A stretch of 64,000 nt of DNA. Origin: Promethearchaeati archaeon SRVP18_Atabeyarchaeia-1 (GTDB lineage Archaea; Asgardarchaeota; Atabeyarchaeia; Atabeyarchaeales; Atabeyarchaeaceae). A program made the position numbers and the translations under genes. The notes under the pieces were generated by a model. That model made no database searches and had not been told where the DNA came from. It was given only the letters and a program-made list of their open reading frames with translations. The stretch covers positions 1,728,001 to 1,792,000 of the forward strand of contig CP147779.1 in NCBI GenBank assembly GCA_037308085.1, in the 5' to 3' direction. Positions 60,391 through 64,000 of the stretch are shown here, piece by piece (within the stretch, counting starts at the first letter, position 1; every line of letters begins with the position of its first letter).

Positions 60391-60458
60391 TCAAATATAT
60401 AAGAGCTTAAGAATGTTGAAGTTGGAGGCGCGCTTCCTGAAGTATTTGCATCTTCGAA
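60391..60458 (-). pseudogene. Decayed copy of the ferritin-like gene 3' end
   Basis: ILQE.....TF..LLYI* versus parent ILEEEEDHHDTFSTLLEEI*. Confidence 0.45.
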
Positions 60459-60577
60459 GCAAGTTCACTTTCTCTGCGGCGAAGAGAGGGGAAACTAGAC
60501 TGCTCTGGTACGTAGAAAGGGAAGTACAAGAAGTCCAAGAGCAGGGCCAGTCCAAGTCTGAAGCATGATCCACTATT

Positions 60578-61687
60578 CTACCGCGCCTGGCCTTCGAATT
60601 GCTCCAATTTGATTAAGGAATTATCCTTCGCAGATGCATAGGCTGCCTCCACAACCTTGTGCGCATAAACTCCAACTTCGAAATCCGGCTGTGGATGACG
60701 CTTCGATTGGATTGACTTGATAAACGAGTAGTCTTGGTACGTGTATTCTCCAAGTTCATATTTGCTTTGAATGCCAAGCTTATCTTTGGTATAGTTGTTC
60801 GCATCTTTGTATCCTATTCTTGCTGGGAGTTCTTCACCTATTTGGTAGAAGTATGGCGCAGCAGACTTCGTTTCTCCATCCAGCTCTAGGTGGAACAGGG
60901 CCTTGTTGTAGAAGATCTCGATCAGGCGGCTTGATCCTCTTGTTCCCAGCTCGTGCCATATGCTTGACAGCATCCCCTCAGCGCCATTCTCGAATTTGAG
61001 CCATACGTTGGCTTGGTCTTCAACTTCTCTCCCAGAGAAGTACCTTATGCTTGCCCTGAGCGCTTCAATTCTCCCGAAGAACCACCGCATGAAGTCGACA
61101 TCGTGTATCGAGTGCTCGATTAGTGTTCCTCCCCCAGCGAGATCCTTGTCCTTACGCCATGTGCTCTGGTATTGGCCTCTAATTGGAAAGAACTGATCGT
61201 CTCTCAACACGAAGTCCATGGCAGGTCCGATCCTGCCCGTATTGTCGTCGATTAGATGCTTGCAGTAATTGAGGAGTGGGTCAAACCTCATTACCAAGCC
61301 AACCTGTGCCTTCACGCCCGCTTTTTCCACAAGGTGGAGCATCTCTTCTGCGTCTTTCAAATTCCTTGCCATTGGCTTCTCGCAGAAGATGTTCTTTCCT
61401 GCTGCAGTGGCCTCAGCAACGTACTGTTTGTGGAACTTCGTGGGTGTGCAGATAAACACGGCATCTACACTGTCGCTCCTGATAAGGGAAGTAGCGCTAT
61501 CGCAGATTTTGACGCCAGGTCTTAGCCGAGTGACAACCTTGAGCCTTTCAGGATCGACATCGTACGCGGAAGTGACCTTCACATCCAGCAGTTTGGATTG
61601 TGTCAGTAGGTCTAGTGACTGGAAGTGGGTCATTGAGATCCATCCGCAACCCACAAACCCAACTCGAGTGGTATTTGCCAATGACAT
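60578..61687 (-). CDS. Gfo/Idh/MocA oxidoreductase
   Basis: GCGWIS, CEKPMA and GGG.LIEHSIHDVD motifs. Confidence 0.92.
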   Translation of the reverse strand: MSLANTTRVGFVGCGWISMTHFQSLDLLTQSKLLDVKVTSAYDVDPERLKVVTRLRPGVKICDSATSLIRSDSVDAVFICTPTKFHKQYVAEATAAGKNIFCEKPMARNLKDAEEMLHLVEKAGVKAQVGLVMRFDPLLNYCKHLIDDNTGRIGPAMDFVLRDDQFFPIRGQYQSTWRKDKDLAGGGTLIEHSIHDVDFMRWFFGRIEALRASIRYFSGREVEDQANVWLKFENGAEGMLSSIWHELGTRGSSRLIEIFYNKALFHLELDGETKSAAPYFYQIGEELPARIGYKDANNYTKDKLGIQSKYELGEYTYQDYSFIKSIQSKRHPQPDFEVGVYAHKVVEAAYASAKDNSLIKLEQFEGQAR

Positions 61688-61777
61688 TACCCTCTCGTGA
61701 GCGGCGGGCAGAATAACCGATCTGGCTGTATGATGGGGAAAAGCAAAAAAGTGGTAAGTTGGGGAAGACGGTTGCGC

Positions 61778-62209
61778 CTATATCTCCTCGAGTAGAGTTG
61801 AGAATGTGTCGTGGTGATCTTCTTCTTCCTCGAGTATCTCCCTGAAGACTCTGTTAGTTGTCTCATCGTTTTCTGCTCTTGCCTTGTCGACGATCTGCTT
61901 GTATAGTTTGATGGCAGTCTCCTCATCCTTCATGTCTTGCTCGACCATTTCTCGGGGTGTTTCTCTGACGAAGATCGGATCTGGTTTGGTCGTCGGTGTT
62001 CCTCCGAGGTAGAAGAGCCTCTCGGCGATTTTCTCTGCGTGTTTCATCTCTACTTTAGCTATGTCCTCAAGTTCGTCCTTTATGGTGAATCCTTTTATTC
62101 CGCTCCACTGAACATGTTGCCACATGTACTGGATTGAGACCTGTATCTCCCTTGCTATTGCCTTGTTGAGTAGATCCAACAATTCCTTTGAGACTTTAAC
62201 TACGCTCAT
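61778..62209 (-). CDS. Bacterioferritin / ferritin-like protein
   Basis: E..VSIQY, EMKHAE, DE..AI..Y and EEDH ferroxidase ligands. Confidence 0.9.
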   Translation of the reverse strand: MSVVKVSKELLDLLNKAIAREIQVSIQYMWQHVQWSGIKGFTIKDELEDIAKVEMKHAEKIAERLFYLGGTPTTKPDPIFVRETPREMVEQDMKDEETAIKLYKQIVDKARAENDETTNRVFREILEEEEDHHDTFSTLLEEI

Positions 62210-62261
62210 GCTTCTTTCCCTCCTGCGTTTGTCTAGGAATAAGCGTTCAACTATATGATGG

Positions 62262-62306
62262 TTACTAAATTGAGCCAGAAAGCCCAAACCTTTAAGAGGT
62301 CGATGA
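62262..62306 (+). repeat. Degenerate copy of the IS200/IS605-end-like repeat
   Basis: TTACTAAATTGAGCCAGAAAGCCCAAACCTTTAAGAGGT aligns with the 21307 copy. Confidence 0.6.
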
Positions 62307-62409
62307 GAAATGCCGAGAAGAAGGGCAGGAAGTCTGTGTGAGCGGACAAATCAAAGAAAGAGCTAGTTCTTATCGGGTAGACATGCTATTACAGCTTCAG
62401 GGGTGAACC

Positions 62410-63170
62410 GTGAGAATGGAACACTCGAGTGTTGAAAGCGTCGGCTTCTCGAGTGGGGGTCAGAAGGTTGTCGGCGTTCTCCACCTTCCATGCGGAGATG
62501 CAGCGCAGAAGAACAAGATAGTCGTTACTTGCCATGGGCTTATGAGTAGCAAGGACTCCCAGAAGTACCTAGACATAGCCCATCGTTTCTCGGCCGAAGG
62601 TCTGGCCGTTCTCAGATTTGATTTCCGCGGATCTGGCGAGAGCGAAGGAAGAGGCGACCTGCTCAGCAACAGGATTTTGGATCTGAGATCTGCCATCGAC
62701 TTCGTCGTTGACAAAGGCTACAAGTCGGTGGCTTGCTCGGAAGTAGTTATGGAGGGGCGACCGCGATACTCGTAGCGGGGGAAGGTCCCGCCGCCCAGGC
62801 CTTGGTTACTTGGTCTGCGCCGTGCCAGCTTACTCAACTCTTCGGTTCGATGACGAAACAACCGCAACGGAATCGTGGTCGAGGACTCGTTGGAATTGGT
62901 GAGGAAGCTGGTACCTCAAAATTCATGGCGGACTTGTCTGCCTATAATGTGGTTGAAGCTGCCAAGAAGGTTGGAATGGTTCTAGTGATACACTGCAAGG
63001 GAGACGAGGTTGTTCCATGGATTCAGGCCAAGATCATATACGATAATGCTATACAACCGAAAAGACTACAGATATTTGAGGGAGGGGACCATCAGTTTCT
63101 GCAGCCCTCGATTAGAAGAGAGGCAACAGAACTGAGCTTGGCTTGGATGAACAGCCATCTGGGTACGTAG
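62410..63170 (+). pseudogene. Alpha/beta hydrolase split by a one-base frameshift near 62730
   Basis: Adding one G to GTGGCTTG gives SVGLLGSSYGG and joins ORFs 62410..62775 and 62733..63170. Confidence 0.8.
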
Positions 63171-63254
63171 AGGTCGGCAAGTCTAACATATCTGAGACCG
63201 GCCGATTTGTGGTGTCGCACGAGCTCAAACTGGTTTTCAAGCGCAGCGGAAAGA

Positions 63255-63319
63255 TTACCAAATCGATCCAGAAGACCCACACCCTTTAGCCGACCCCTTC
63301 AAGAAGTTGGTAGCTCACC
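63255..63319 (+). repeat. IS200/IS605 right-end-like repeat
   Basis: TTACCAAATCGATCCAGAAGACCCACACCCTT...GTTGGTAGCTCACC; matches 21307 with a short internal duplication. Confidence 0.75.
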
Positions 63320-63372
63320 GTGATGTAGGACGATCAATTGCGCTGGTGAAGCTTCCTGAGACGTTGGGGGAA

Positions 63373-64000
63373 TCAAAGTGAGAAGATGATGGCAGCTGCG
63401 AGAAGTACTAAGCCAAGCGAGAGGAAGGAGATCGAGTACATTGATGTCGCTGCGAGTATGAAACCAGTCACAATTGGTCCGAGTGCCTGCCCCACATCCA
63501 TTATCGTTCCAAGGAATCCCATCGCTGATCCATAGACTTCTTTTCTGCAAGCCTCAGACACAAGTGGGGGAGTTGAAGATGTAACTAGTGAAAAACCTAG
63601 GCCATATGTGACTGAGACTAAGATTAGTTCAGGGAAAGATACTGCAAACTGCATAGCAAGCATTGGAGCTGCGCCCAACGCAAGACCAAGGACAATCGGC
63701 TTCTTTCTTCCAATCTTGTCCGAGAATCTACCCATGATGGGTTTCGCTAAGACGAAAGTGGCTATCTCAGAAGTCAAAATGACACCTATCAGCAAATCGT
63801 CAATGTTCAGCAAATGGGCGAACGGCACAAGGTAGAATTCGAAGGCCCCGTAGACATAATAGATGGCTGCCTCCGCAAGACTCGCGAGAAGGATGCGCCG
63901 ATTTGAAGCAACTTCCTTCCAGTCTTGGAAGACATTGCGCGAGATTTTGTCCCTCGCCTTATCAGCATATTGCGCCACATTTGCGGCACTGCGGTTGGGT
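63373..64000 (-). CDS. MFS transporter, C-terminal half (5' part outside the window)
   Basis: GRFSDKIGRKKP motif and six TM helices. Confidence 0.88.
   Translation of the reverse strand, partial: PNRSAANVAQYADKARDKISRNVFQDWKEVASNRRILLASLAEAAIYYVYGAFEFYLVPFAHLLNIDDLLIGVILTSEIATFVLAKPIMGRFSDKIGRKKPIVLGLALGAAPMLAMQFAVSFPELILVSVTYGLGFSLVTSSTPPLVSEACRKEVYGSAMGFLGTIMDVGQALGPIVTGFILAATSMYSISFLSLGLVLLAAAIIFSL

Noticed and set aside
410-63989. Numerous 60-225 aa ORFs overlapping assigned genes
   Set aside because: Antisense or off-frame shadows of well-supported genes, with no motifs of their own.
1-64000. CRISPR arrays, tRNA, rRNA, SRP or RNase P RNA genes
   Set aside because: No regularly spaced repeats or recognisable conserved RNA motifs seen; AGAAAGTCC at 14131 belongs to the palindromic repeat family.

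Overview
Gene-dense archaeal chromosome segment of roughly 50% GC (by eye), probably from an Asgard archaeon. That call is inferred from an Asgard-type longin domain, a PCI-like winged helix, several V4R proteins and archaeal housekeeping genes such as dph6. It holds about 70 CDS, mostly metabolic, redox, transport or signalling genes. I saw no rRNA, tRNA or CRISPR array. Mobile DNA: a decayed IS607-type tnpB element splitting cutA at a GG core, five dispersed IS200/IS605-end-like palindromic repeats, and a free-standing LAGLIDADG gene. Main observation: many apparently empty intergenic spacers are decayed, same-strand copies of the 3' end of the gene lying two positions upstream (gene X, cargo gene, scar of X's 3' end). 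This is clear for guaA and dph6, good for four more loci and tentative for several others, and in two places the scars form interleaved chains. It suggests that this genome repeatedly gains genes by homology-anchored additive integration that replaces a resident gene's 3' end. All alignments were done by eye and need computational confirmation.
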